DNA from: Octopus sinensis
Lineage: Eukaryota
Length of the DNA: 64,000 bases
NCBI RefSeq assembly: GCF_006345805.1
Contig: NC_043017.1
Span: forward strand, 31,620,001 to 31,684,000
Direction: 5' to 3'
The stretch's first letter is position 1, and every line of letters starts with the position of its first letter. The notes under the pieces are model-generated. The model saw only the letters and a program-made list of their open reading frames with translations, ran no database searches and was not told where the DNA came from. The position numbers were made by a program, and so were the translations under genes. Of this stretch, positions 11,811 to 24,390 are shown piece by piece.

Positions 11811-12288
11811 GGACTGCTTTAGGAAATGATACTATCAGAAGCTCCTGAAAGAATTATCTCCAGTTCACAAATTGACTAAGTGTATGTAACACACAGATAT
11901 ACATACATATGTATGAACCTGTATCAGGGTGAATTAGGATGTGGCTAATAATACGTTAGCCCATCTTCACTGATGTGGAATGGAATGAGGTGGGTGAGCA
12001 TGGAGAAGGGATATTAAGGCAATGATGATGCCAATGATGATTGCTTCAGAGAGTCCCTACAGCAGGAATGTTAAGAGTTCATTCAGTGGATACCATTGCA
12101 CACGTCTTGTTCTGTTGCCCATGTAGCTATCACACTAGGTACAGCTGTTTTCACTCCAACATACTTTAATCTCGAAATGCGTATGTGGATAATCGTAGTC
12201 GTGTAATTCCTTAATTTTCTTTTTGTCCACGTAAAATAATTATGTTTATAATTGTAAAATATGTGTATGTATACATACATATATATAA

Positions 12289-12334
<46 letters not shown>

Positions 12335-12389
12335 TAAATAAAATATATGCATACATACATACATATATGTACGTACCTTTTATATATAA

Positions 12390-13040
12390 TTATGACGCGA
12401 AACTCTGTAACCCTTTGCTTGACCTTTCCTTCCTTCCTGTCTGTTTTCCTCTTTGCCCGTTTCTCTACTTATTTTTCACCCTTTCTGGTTTTCTTTCCTT
12501 TCTCTATCTCTCTCTCTCTCTCTTCTCTCTCTCACTCCTCCTCATCTCTCTCACTGCCGAGTCGACCAACTTCCTTTCACCCGCAGCCTTCTACAAGTCA
12601 ACACGACTTTTTTCTTGCGCTCTGAATTTTTCTATCGTCTAGGCTTAAAAAAAGGCCCTCAATGTTGGTTTCCTTGTCCTGTTTTTATTCTTTATGTGTA
12701 CTGTATTTTTTTGTATTTGTATTTGTATTTTTATTTGTATTTTTATTTGTATTGCTTTTACGTCCTGTTCTTGTCACATTTTTTTCTTTCCTTGTTTTTA
12801 CCCCTCTGCAAAGGAATTTTATTTAATTCTTTTGCAGGAACGACTAGTTCGACGGGTCGTGTTCTGTCTTTACCTTCGAAACACGCATGGAGTCGAACCA
12901 GGGACAGCTGATGAAGGGGAATATTCCTTGTATTGTTTGCCTTGTACTCTGTTTTTTCGTTGTTAAAAAAGTCCGTTTCCTTGTTTGTTTTTATGTTTTC
13001 GTTTCTCGTTGAGTTCTACGTCTATTTGTGGTGTCCCATA

Positions 13041-13043
<3 letters not shown>
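12390..13043 (+). mobile_element. About 650-bp pLTR-like element between TA-rich tracts, carrying hammerhead core motifs
   Basis: Pyrimidine-rich body, CTGATGA and CGAAAC motifs, ends abutting (TA)n. Confidence 0.5.
12858..12929 (+). ncRNA. Candidate non-circularly permuted hammerhead ribozyme
   Basis: All core nucleotides plus helices I (8 bp), II (4 bp) and III (5 bp), in a non-standard strand order. Confidence 0.5.
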
Positions 13044-13096
<53 letters not shown>

Positions 13097-13105
13097 TTTA
13101 TATTT

Positions 13106-13137
<32 letters not shown>

Positions 13138-13944
13138 ACTTTAATAGTTGTTTGATTTGCCTTCGTGTAAATTCAGGTTTTGTATCCTTGTAAAATGAAC
13201 CCAGTTCGTGAGGCCTGGAGAACCAAGTCGCCATGTATAGCCAAATCAAACTTATACAATAATTCATATAACTCTTACTAAATGTTTTGGGTGCCACATT
13301 CGCTTTTTCCATTCATTCATATATATAGGTGTGTGTGTGTGTGTTTATGTGTGTTTGTTTACTTTTATTAGACAAGCCTGGAAAACTCTGAACACTCTTC
13401 TGATCATTTTGTTAATGTATATCCTTTATAATTGTTTTGAAGTTTATTTAAAATTCTGTAGAGATTTTAATCTGACTGATTTTCTTTTTATTAAAAATAG
13501 CCATATTTTAAAACATTAAAATTTTTATCTTCCTAACTTCTTCCAAGAGTGTTTTATCTTCCTAACTTCTTCAGGAGAGTGTTTTGAACGTATTTTTTGT
13601 TAGCTTCTGTTAATCCTTAGATTTCAAGTATTTTAAATCCTATTAGCAATTTTTTTATTTCGTGTTTTGTTCAAATCTAAATATAATAAGAAAATCTACG
13701 AATTTTTTTTTACAATATTTATCACCCTTGGTCTATATTATTTTAAATTCACAAACGATACGGCACTGTGATTTTAAAATTTCGGAAATAGAACAAAAAT
13801 CTCTTAAGTATGGTGAAATTTCCAACTACATAGATTTGTTGTACTCTTAATTTTCCTATAAGCATTTTTACTTAAATATATTTTATAATATAAAACGCTG
13901 TAATTTTTTTTGAAATGGCAAACTTTATAATCTTTTGCCTTTTA

Positions 13945-14420
13945 TATTTTACTTGCTTCAGTCACTAGGCTGCGACCATGCTGGGGCACTTGCTTCAGTC
14001 ACTAGGCTGTAACCATGCTGGGGCACTTGCTTCAGTCACTAGACTTCGACCATGCTGGAGCACTGCTTTGAAGAATTTTTAATCGAATGTTTCGATCCCA
14101 GGACTTATTTTTAAAAAACTGGGTACTTATTCGATCGGTAGCTTTTGCTGAACTACTAGATTACGGGGAAGTAAACACAACAGCACCGGTTGTCAAAAGG
14201 TGGGGGGGACAAACACAGACACACACACACGCACACATATATAAGCATACGACAGGCTTCTTTGAGGTTTTGTTTATCAAATTCACTCACAGTAGCAAAA
14301 GAGACCGATAGAATAAGTACCAAGCGTAAGAAAAATGAGTATTGTGGTCAATTTGTTTGAAACACCCATTCAAGACGATGCTCCAGCATGACCGCAGCAC
14401 AATCACTGAAACATGTAAGT
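13945..14420. mobile_element. Rearranged SINE B fragments, with a 37-bp triplication near the tail
   Basis: Unit ACTTGCTTCAGTCACTAG...CATGCTGGGGC three times; minus-strand half followed by plus-strand 3' half. Confidence 0.7.
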
Positions 14421-14980
14421 GACAGATTACCACATGTAGCAGATATTCCGTTATACGTTCAAATATATCCTTTTTTCTTCGTTTTTTTTTTACATGTTTG
14501 AGTATTTGAACTGCGGCCAAGCTGGAGTACTGCCTTGAAAGATTTTAGTCAAAGAAATCAACCCCGGTTTTAATTTGACAAGTCTCACTGATTGTTAAAC
14601 AGTGGTGATGGACAAACAGAAGCACACTCACACTTATGTGTATGTGGGTGTCCCCGTGTGTGTGTGTCCGTGTGTGTGTGTGTGAGTGTGTGTGAGAGAG
14701 AGAGAGAGAGAAAGTGTGGTGTGTGTGTGTGAGTGCGTATGTATCATTGTGTATGTGTGTCAGAAACATTTAGCAATGATATCACTATATCCCATGTCGC
14801 AATCCGCTAGAATATTACCTGCGACATAAAAAAAATCTAATCAGTGAAAATATCGCGTGGATACGGCTTCAACAACAATTTAGTTTTTGGCGCGTTTTTT
14901 TCTGAGCCAACCCCACCACTGCATATTCAGTGAAGCTGACTCCACTGACAACAAACGGTGGGCGGTAGTTGACCCAAGTG

Positions 14981-15213
14981 AAGGCGGCGAGCTGGCAGAA
15001 TCGTTAGCGCGCCGGGCGAAATGCTAAGCGGTATTTCGTCTGCCGTTACGTTGTGAGTTCAAATTCCGCCGAGGTCGACTTTGCCTTTCATCCTTTCGGG
15101 GTCGATAAATTAAGCCTCAGGTACGCACTGGGGTCGATGTAATCGACTTAATACCTATGTCTGTCCTTGTTCGTCCCCTCTATGCTTAGCCCCTTGTGGG
15201 TAGTAAAGAAATA
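14981..15213 (+). mobile_element. Full-length SINE family A monomer with perfect 17-bp TSD
   Basis: GGTAGTTGACCCAAGTG at 14964-14980 and 15214-15230. Confidence 0.95.
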
Positions 15214-15330
15214 GGTAGTTGACCCAAGTGCTGAATCAACACAAAAGCAATGAACATACGGCAAACGAGAGACATCAGAAAACAGTAGCAAAACCAGCAG
15301 CTAACCGCAATTGATGAACAGCAACAGCAG

Positions 15331-15693
15331 TGGAGACGCAATGGCCCAGTGGTTAGAGCAGCGTACTCGCGGATTCGATTCCCAGACCGGGCGTTCTGTG
15401 TGTTTATTGAGCGAAAACACCTAAAGCTCCACGAGGCTCCGGCAGGGGGTGGTAGCGATCCCTGTTGTACTCTTTCGCTCCAACTTTCTCTCACTCTTTC
15501 TTCCTGTTTCTTCTCCCTGACTTCCTACGCAACCACTGAGCCTGGATGCGCATTCATCCATCCGTCGATGCTCTCAGTGTCGGGGGGGGGGGGGGTTTGA
15601 CCTGCTTTCTCTTCTGCTGGTCTTACGAATAGCAAAGGACCAAGTTTCGGACTTCTCCCATCTTGCAAGCTCTGGGACGAAGACCGTTCGCTC
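15331..15693 (+). mobile_element. tRNA-derived SINE family C (variant 3' end) with 14-bp TSD
   Basis: Head TGGAGACGCAATGGCCCAGTGG; AACAGCAACAGCAG at 15317-15330 and 15694-15707. Confidence 0.85.
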
Positions 15694-15929
15694 AACAGCA
15701 ACAGCAGCAACAGCAACAGCAATACAAGGACCAGCTAATATTTTGATTGCTGCTACAATCACACCAATCCAAGAACAACCATTTTCAAACCTTCTCGGTA
15801 ATTTTTATCTTTCAATGTCTGAAAAGCCCGCATTGGAAAAACTTTGAAGTCATTGTTGCCGTTTTAATAGCAATATTTGCAACCCACACACAACCGGTTT
15901 GTATTTTTATCAGGTAGAGGTTTCTGTTA

Positions 15930-16192
15930 CACTTTTACTCTTTTACTTGTTTCAGTCATTTGACTGCGGCCATGCTGGAGCACCGCCTTTTAGTCGAGCA
16001 AATCGACCCCGGCACTTATTCGTTGTAAGCCTAGTACTTATTCTATCGGTCTCTTTTGCCGAACCGCTAAGTTACGGGGATGTAAACACACCAGCATCGG
16101 TTGTTAGGCAATGTTGGGGGGACAAACACAGACACACACACACACAAATGTATATATACACACACACAAATGTATATACACACACACACACT

Positions 16193-16245
<53 letters not shown>

Positions 16246-16419
16246 ATACATACATATATACGATGGGCTTCTTTCAGTTTCCGTCTACCAAATCCACTCA
16301 CAAGGCTTTGATCGGCCCGGGGCTATAATAGAAGACACTTTGCCCAAGGTGCTACGCAGTGGGACTGAACCCAGAACCATGTGGTTGGTAAGCAAGCTAT
16401 TTACCACACAGCCACTCCT
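15930..16419 (-). mobile_element. SINE family B
   Basis: Near full-length copy. Confidence 0.9.
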
Positions 16420-17766
16420 TTCTGAAGCAGGGCAATATATAAGTAAAATTTGACTTGTAGTTCTAGCAAATCGAGAAACCATGTACAAGCGCTTCTGTTG
16501 TCTCTCGAAACGCACAGATAATGGAAGAAGTTTAAGCTGTAGGTCAGATATCATCGATGAGCAGTTTTTCATTTGAAAATAAAGTATGTAAATGAAAAAA
16601 AATTAATTGACTGATATTAACAGCTAACAATATTTGAGTGGCACCCTGTTATAATGCTACCCTGAAAGCATTGAGTTATGATTTCCTCTTTAATTGCAGT
16701 TTGTTTAAAATGGAGAGAACCTAGTGAGTTAATTGATATCAGAAAGGAAAACTACAAAACAAAGCAAAAAAAAAATTAATAAATACATTTAATCTAAACT
16801 TTAATCTAAAATGGTATCCGAGATAATTGATTGAAAATTAGCAACATTTATGGAGAACACAAGGAAAACGGTGGCGGGAGCAGGCCGTGTTTTGTAGGCG
16901 TTCTTCTCTTCAATTATGAATATTCTGTGTTTCCTTTTCGTAGGGTGTATTTTTCGTTCTTGTATTTCTTTTTCGTTTTATTGTCATTGCTGTTGACTTT
17001 TCAACACGTTCGCGTAATTGCAGCTTCAAATGCAAACAGCTAACAGATTAAGTGTCACGTGATATTCCGTTTGTTTGCCAGGTTTGTTTGCTTTTGTTTA
17101 GCATGTTTGGCTTGTTGCCACAGTTCGCTTCTGTTTTTTTTCCCTTCTCCATTTCCCCCTTCATCCTTCTTGTTTCTCTTCTTCTTCTCACCACTTACAC
17201 TTGAGAACGATTTTTCGATGCTTGTATAAAAAAAAAAGAGATATTTACTTCGGCATGAAATAAAGTAATCAAAATACAAAACCCACAAACACAAACACAC
17301 AATGAAAGGGCTAAACAACATTAATTAACTAAAAAAACGATTGCTCATTAAAAACATCTCGTAAAACTAACTGAAAATAGTAAAAATGGAAGCCAAAACA
17401 AAGACAAAACCGAAAACTGACCCCTTCTCCAAATTAGAAACTAAACAAGGGAAAGAATTGAGATGCGAGGAAATTAATCAGATGTGACCTAGAGGGGTCA
17501 TTTTCAATGATATTGAATAATAAATCAGTAAATAAAATACCTGATCGGAATTTTTATAGTTGCAGTGATATATAACAAAGGTCAAAGCTTCGATAATCTT
17601 CGGCTAATTTAACGGCTGTTTTTATTAATAATAGCCTCACTTGGTGATGAGATTGTGCACCGTTTCTACTCTGGCAAATGCTGCTACTACTATGACGACG
17701 ATGATATTGTATATATATATATATATATATATATTGTGTTATATGCGTGCCTGTATATACGTGTGC

Positions 17767-17807
<41 letters not shown>

Positions 17808-17810
17808 TAG

Positions 17811-17851
<41 letters not shown>

Positions 17852-17915
17852 TATATATATATATATATATATATAATAAGTATACATACACACACATATA
17901 TATAAATATACATAC

Positions 17916-17958
<43 letters not shown>

Positions 17959-17974
17959 TAGATACATATATATA

Positions 17975-18215
17975 TATGAATTACACCTGGGTGTGCGGTA
18001 TACATACATATGTCCCCGTTTTCTCTCCTTTTTTCTCTCCTTTTTTTCTCTCCTTGTTTCTCGCCTTGTTTTTTCTGTGTACCTTTCTGTCGAAGAGCGT
18101 AGACTCGAAACCTAAAAGACTTTTTTCTATTCCTGAGTGTTATACTAATACATCTGTTTTTGTACACTACCTGTCTTCGTCTTTTGTTTTTTTTTCGTAA
18201 ACTTTCCCTGTATAT
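17975..18215 (+). mobile_element. Family D element
   Basis: CTGTCGAAGAGCGTAGACTCGAAACCTAAAAGAC motif at 18087-18120; embedded in (TA)n. Confidence 0.7.
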
Positions 18216-18232
18216 TTACATATACACATATG

Positions 18233-18313
<81 letters not shown>

Positions 18314-18499
18314 CACACACATACATACACGCACATATACGTGCGTGTGCCTCTGCGCGTGTACGTGTGTGTGAGTGTTTGTTATGTTATGTGGGGTTTC
18401 TCAGTGGTCATGTGAAAATCTCTTACCTAGCCGGATCCTTGCTGAATAAATCAGTATCTCCGCGAGACTTGCTTGGTAAGGAGAGTTGCTAGAAATCTA

Positions 18500-18905
18500 G
18501 TGATTGTGTGGTAAGAAGATTGCCTCCAAACCGCATGGTTCCGGGTTCAATCCCGCTGCATGACAACTTGGGCAAGGGTTTTCTGCTATAACTTCATGCC
18601 ACCTTGGGTAAGTGTCTTCTATCATAGCTTCGGTCCAACCAAAGCCTTGTGAGTGGATTTGATAGACGGAAACTGAAAGAAGCCCGTCGTATGTTTGTGT
18701 GTGTGTGTGTGTGTGTCTGTGTGTCTGTGTTTGTCCTCCATCCCGCTTGACAGCCGGTGTTGGTGTGTTCCTGGCTCCGTAACTTAGTGGTTTGGCAAAG
18801 ATGGAATAGAATAAGTAACGGGCTTATCACAAGTAAAAATTCTCCAGGGTGGTACTCCAGCATGGACGCAGTCTAATGAGTGAAACAAGTAGTAAAAGAT
18901 AAAAG
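18500..18905 (+). mobile_element. Diverged SINE B with duplicated CORE-like segment
   Basis: CTTGGG(C/T)AAG segment present twice. Confidence 0.75.
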
Positions 18906-19224
18906 ATATAAGATCTGTCAAAAGAGCTGATGTACTCAACCTAGTTGAATACGACTGTCTACAAATTATCTTGCAATTACATCAGGATATTCAAAATAAT
19001 TACGATAATGAGGTGGATCGTGAAAACCACTGGAATGTGATGTACTTTTATCTCTTGTTAGAATAAGTCTTAAACAGAATGATATTCTTATATAAAATCG
19101 GCGGATCGTTCAGAATCTGATCGTTCTAACCAGAGTTTTGGAAGCTGTGTAGCGCTGTTCTTACAACAGAGATAGTGTAGTTCTCTGCTTTCATTCATAA
19201 TGATCAATTTTATGTAAAGGAACA

Positions 19225-19408
19225 TATTGGTTTCAGATTTTGGCACAAGGCCAGCAATTTGAGGGACGGGTGTATGTCGATTACGGCTGGTATTTATTTT
19301 ATTTACTCTGAAAGGATGAAAGACAAAGTTGACTTCGGCAGAATTTGAACTCAGACCATAAAGACAGACGAAGAGCCATTAAGTATTTTGCTCGGCGCGC
19401 TAACGATT
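19225..19408 (-). mobile_element. Diverged SINE family A (alternative tail)
   Basis: GAATTTGAACTC B-box complement; tail shared with about 56981-57030. Confidence 0.7.
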
Positions 19409-20050
19409 TAAGCATAGGATCATATTGGTAAAGTTAATTTCTTGGAAAACGTGAAAGAAAGGTCCTGTGGTGATGGAGAAGTAAGGGAAGTTCATAACCG
19501 CAAAGCTGTACGTATTTTGCTCGGTATTCGGGATATAGCAGCCTTTCTTTGCTGCCACACGTCGTATACAATGTCTTGTACAATTTTTTCAAACTGCCAC
19601 TATTCTGATTTCAAATTAGATTGAGGTTTCTTTGTCTTTCTTTATTCCGGTCCGACTAAATATAATGGATGTCCAGGAAGGTATTTTTGCAAAATTATTA
19701 CAGCGTTGCGAAATAATTTTCAGGTATCTTCCGCAGATACTCACTGATGAGAAATTTCGCCTAGCAACTTATTTTATTTGCTAAAAAAGATTTTGAAACT
19801 TAGGTTAGACCAGATTAAAATAACAAGGTGAAAGTTTTTATTTTTCATTCCTTTTGAAGATTGTTCAAAATGTGGTTTTGGTCGTTTTGACTACTTCATC
19901 GAGCATATAAAAACTGCCTGTTGAATGCAGTTTTCTCTTGTGTTTAAATATACACTATTTTATCTTCCCTTCCTTCCTGAGCGTCCAATAATACGATATT
20001 TGTTCCACGTCCTCGCGTTGTGTTTTCTCTTTGTGTTTTCATTTTTGGAT

Positions 20051-20133
<83 letters not shown>

Positions 20134-20778
20134 ATATATATATAACAATACGACAGGCTTCTTTCAGTTTCCGTTTACCAAATCCACTCACAATGATTTG
20201 GTCAACCAGAAGCTATAGTAGAAGACACTTACCCAAGGTGGCATGCAGTGGGACTGGACCCGGAACCATATGTTTGCACCTATTTATATGTATATAAATG
20301 TTTGTTATCAAAATAGCCCTGCTAGATACTTTAACAACAACCTTTCGGTTAGAACTAGATCCGACTTATTGCATTCCAGCACAGACATACGAGACAAAGC
20401 ACTTCAGTACTTCCTTACACCAAAATCGGAGATAAGGAGAGGAACTTAGCACAGGATTTTTGTTTTTAGTATTTCTTCACTTCACTGCTGTAAAAATCTC
20501 GTCCGAGATGCAAAATTTGAGAAGTGAATTACCGCTGTAAAATCGATAGAAATGTCGAAAATAACTTTAAATTATTGTTGATGGTCTGGTGCAAAAAGCG
20601 AAGTATAGGAAAACATTCTATTATTACAAATAGAAGTCAGCGAGAAAACATGCTCTTACGCATATGAGCTGTAGGCACAGACTAATCTCTGCGCATTTGA
20701 ACAATAACTGCATACGGCTAAGTTATGTAAGGAACTATTGTTAAAATTTTTTCATCACAGAATACTAAGAGACTAATA

Positions 20779-20941
20779 GGTGCAGGAGTGGCTGTGTGGT
20801 CAGTAGCTTGCTAACCAGCCACATGGTTCCGGGTTCAGTCCCACTGCATGGCATCTTGGGCAAGTGTCTTCTGCTATAGCCCCGGGCCGACCAATGCCTT
20901 GTGAGTGGATTTGGTAGACGGAAACTGAAAGAAGCCTGTCG

Positions 20942-20988
<47 letters not shown>

Positions 20989-21211
20989 TTGTGTGTGTGT
21001 TTGTCCCCCTAGCATTGCTTGACAACCGATGTGTGGTGTGTTTACGTCCCCGTCACTTAGCGGTTCAGCAAAATAGACTGATATAATAAGTACTGGGCTT
21101 ACAAAAGAATAAGTCCCGGGGTCGATTTGCTCGACTAAAGGCGGTGCTCCAGCATGACCGCAGTCAAATGACTGAAACAAGTAAAAAAAAAGTTTAAAAA
21201 ATAAAAAGAAA
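20779..21211 (+). mobile_element. SINE family B with 10-bp TSD
   Basis: AAGAGACTAA at 20767-20776 and 21212-21221. Confidence 0.9.
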
Positions 21212-21493
21212 AAGAGACTAAATTACTAACGTATAGCTATAAATCTAAATCTAAATATACTTTGAAAAATGCATGGCTTCACTGTTTACTAAGGCGCCTT
21301 CGAGTACACTTCTTGGCGAAAAGTGATGTTTACATAGTTCACCAGAGTGTTCATTTATATATATTTATATATATTTATACAACAGAAATCGGAACAAAAT
21401 TAGATGCAAGATGAATGTATGTCTAAGTAAAACTATGGATAGCATATAATGTTTCGAGGATAGAAGGGCAAGAAGTATAAAAATGTAAATATA

Positions 21494-21895
21494 TATTTAT
21501 TTACTGCCCACAAGGGGATAAACATAGAGGGGACAAACAAGGACAGACAAACGGATTAAGTCGATTACATCGACCCCAGTTGGTAACTGGTACTTTATTT
21601 ATCGACCCTGAAAGGATGAAAGGCAATGTCGAGCTCGGCGGAATTTGAACTCAGAACATAACGACAGGCAAAACACATTTCTTTTACTACCCACAAGGGG
21701 CAAAACACAGAGGGGACAAACAAGGGCAGACAAACGGATTAAGTCGATTACATCGACCCCAGTGCGTAACTGTTACTTAATTTATCAACCCCGAAAGTCG
21801 ACCTCGGGGGAATTTGAACTCAGAACGTAACGACAGGCGAAATACGGCTAAGCATTCCGCCCGGCGTGCTAATGTTTCTGCCAGCTCGCCGCCCT
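21494..21895 (-). mobile_element. SINE family A dimer inside one 16-bp TSD
   Basis: TAAAAATGTAAATATA at 21478-21493 and 21896-21911. Confidence 0.9.
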
Positions 21896-21960
21896 TAAAA
21901 ATGTAAATATAGCTAACCAGCCACTGAATTTGAAATGTTTTGTTTAGTAACCGGATTGTA

Positions 21961-22366
21961 GGCGCAGGAGTGGCTGTGTGGTAAGTAGCTTGCTAACCAA
22001 CCACATGGTTCCGGGTTCAGTCCCACTGCGTGGCATCTTGGGCAAGTGTCTTCTGCTACAGTCCCTGGTCGACCAATGCCTTGTGAGTGGATTTGGTAGA
22101 CGGAAACTGAAAGAAGCCCGTTTTATATATGTATATATATATAAGTGTGTGTGTATATGTTTGTGTGTCTGTGTTTGTCCCCCCTAGCATTGCTTGACAA
22201 CCGATGCTGGTGTGTTTACGTCCCCGTCACTTAGCGGTTCGGCAAAAGAGACCGATAGAATAAGTACTGGGCTTACAAAATAATAAGTCCCGGGGTCGAT
22301 TTGCTCGACTAAAGGCGGTGCTCCAGCATGGCCGCAGTCAAATGACTGAAACAAGTAAGAGAGAGT
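21961..22366 (+). mobile_element. SINE family B
   Basis: Full-length copy. Confidence 0.9.
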
Positions 22367-22712
22367 AGATTATGGTAAGATATGATCGCATGCAAATTTA
22401 ACAAGGGTTTTCCAAGAACGTGTACAAAAATTTATTTAAATATAAGGAAAACTTCTGGAAAGTTTTATAGTTTTTTACAGTTCCAGTGGTGTCTTGGATC
22501 TGTAGGTTTCGAGGTAGCTTTCCCCTTTCTGCTTTTGAGAAGCCTAATTTCTCAAGATTGGTAATTAGGCAATGTGTTACTTACACCAGTGCTCCAATAA
22601 TTAGAGGTATAAACCTGAATTTGTAATACAGATATGTATGTAGGTGTGTATGTATGTATATATTGTGTATGTGTATGTATCTATATCTGAGTGTTATGTA
22701 TGCATGTACGTA

Positions 22713-22855
22713 CAGGCTGCGATGGGTAAATTGTCATCATTTTGTATTTTTAATTTCGCGAATGTACATTGTATGTTTTTGGATTTGTCAACTACATAGT
22801 ATAGTAGGGTCAGTTGGACATGGCTCATGAGAAAAAAACAGCACCATGACATGGT
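22713..22855 (+). mobile_element. Tc1/mariner-like 5' end fragment
   Basis: TA|CAGGCTGCGATGGGTAAATTG terminus; truncated at the junction with the Dong fragment. Confidence 0.45.
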
Positions 22856-23176
22856 TGCTTTCTCGTTTTCTGTGACCTTTTCTGGTGTGTGCCTATACCA
22901 TCTTTTTTCTGTTGTTATTCCATAATGTTGGCATAGTTTCCAGTGTATGTAGGTTCCAACTCTGTCATGTCTGTGAATATATTCCTTCTTAGCCAGGACT
23001 GGGCAGCTAGAGATAATATGATTTATTATTTCTTGTCCATCTCCACATATTCTGCAGTTACTTATTATATTTCTTTTCATTACATGTTTTTGGTAATTTC
23101 TGGTGGGGAGGCTTTGGTCTTCTGTCTCTGCTTCTGAGCTTCTCAACCATTGCTGAGATTTTTCTTTGTCAAACAT
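22856..23176 (-). pseudogene. Dong/R4-clade LINE fragment (CCHC zinc knuckle preceding the RLE domain)
   Basis: CRICGDGQEIINHIISSCPVLAKKEYIHRHDRV...WYRHTPEKVTENEK, abutting a (TAA)n tract. Confidence 0.85.
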
Positions 23177-23177
23177 C

Positions 23178-23221
23178 TTATTATTATTATTATTATATTA
23201 TTATTATTATTATTATTATTA

Positions 23222-23265
<44 letters not shown>

Positions 23266-23303
23266 TATTATTATTATTATCATTATTGTCAATATTATTA
23301 TTA

Positions 23304-23354
<51 letters not shown>

Positions 23355-23470
23355 TATTATTATCGTCATTATTATTATCTTTATTATCATTATCGTCAAT
23401 ATTATTATTATTATCGTCATTATTATTATCTTTATTATCATTATCGTCAATATTATTATTATCATTATTT
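23178..23470. repeat. (TAT)n/(TAA)n microsatellite
   Basis: Direct observation. Confidence 0.95.
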
Positions 23471-23944
23471 GATATATATATATATATCATTGATTGTATG
23501 TATATTTTCATATCAAGAAGTAATAAGCAGGAAAGTTCGTACTGACACCAAACTCTCAAGGTCAGCTGGTGCAATAAAATACACTCAGTGATCTTTATAA
23601 ATTAGTTGATAAATGGAAGGTAATCAACTGTGAATATCACGCTTAAATAGCTGCATAAAGATCAACAAAATTAAGCCGGGTTTTTTTGGTCAATTCTTTC
23701 ATATTTACACGCAATCAAATTCGAATTTATTAACAATAGCAATTGTCCTCGTATGCACCGTTGTAAAAAATAGAATTCAATAAGTCCTGCTTTGTTCAGT
23801 CAATTTTTCTTACAACCAAATCTACTTCTCAAGCTATGTAATACATTTTTCCACCATCCTTTTACATGTTATTATTTGTTTTCTTTTTATCTATTGTAAT
23901 TGGATTTGTTTAGTTTTTTTTAGTATTGGACTGTGTATCTTTTT

Positions 23945-24205
23945 ATCCTTCATCTTTTACTTGTTCCAGTCTTTAGTAGACTGCGGCCATGCTGGGGCAC
24001 CACCTTGAAGAATTTTGGTCGAACAAATTGGCCCCAGTGCTTACTTTTAATGCCTGGTACTTATTCGATCATTTTCTATTGCCGATTCGCTAAGTTACGG
24101 ATTTATAAACAAACCAACACCGGCTGTCAAGCGGGGGCGGTGGACAAACACAGGCACAAACACACTCATTTATAGATTTATATACATAAACATATACATA
24201 TACAC

Positions 24206-24238
<33 letters not shown>

Positions 24239-24390
24239 TCTTTCTTTTTTTTTCTTTTTCTTTTTCTTGTTTCAGTCAGTTGACTGCGGCCATGCTGGAG
24301 CACCGCCTTTAGTCGAGCAAATCGACCCCGGGACTTATTCTTTTGTAAGCCCAGTACTTATTCTATCAGTCTCTTTTGCCGAACCGCTAA
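23945..24390 (-). mobile_element. Two partial SINE B copies (3' halves)
   Basis: About 23945-24160 diverged; 24262-24390 truncated at GAACCGCTAA. Confidence 0.75.

Noticed and set aside
14981-15070. tRNA genes
   Set aside because: A/B-box heads continue into SINE bodies; no complete cloverleaf. The same applies to families B, C and E.
14900-15890. Coding-like sequence after removing the two SINEs
   Set aside because: All frames are interrupted by stops and no family is recognisable.
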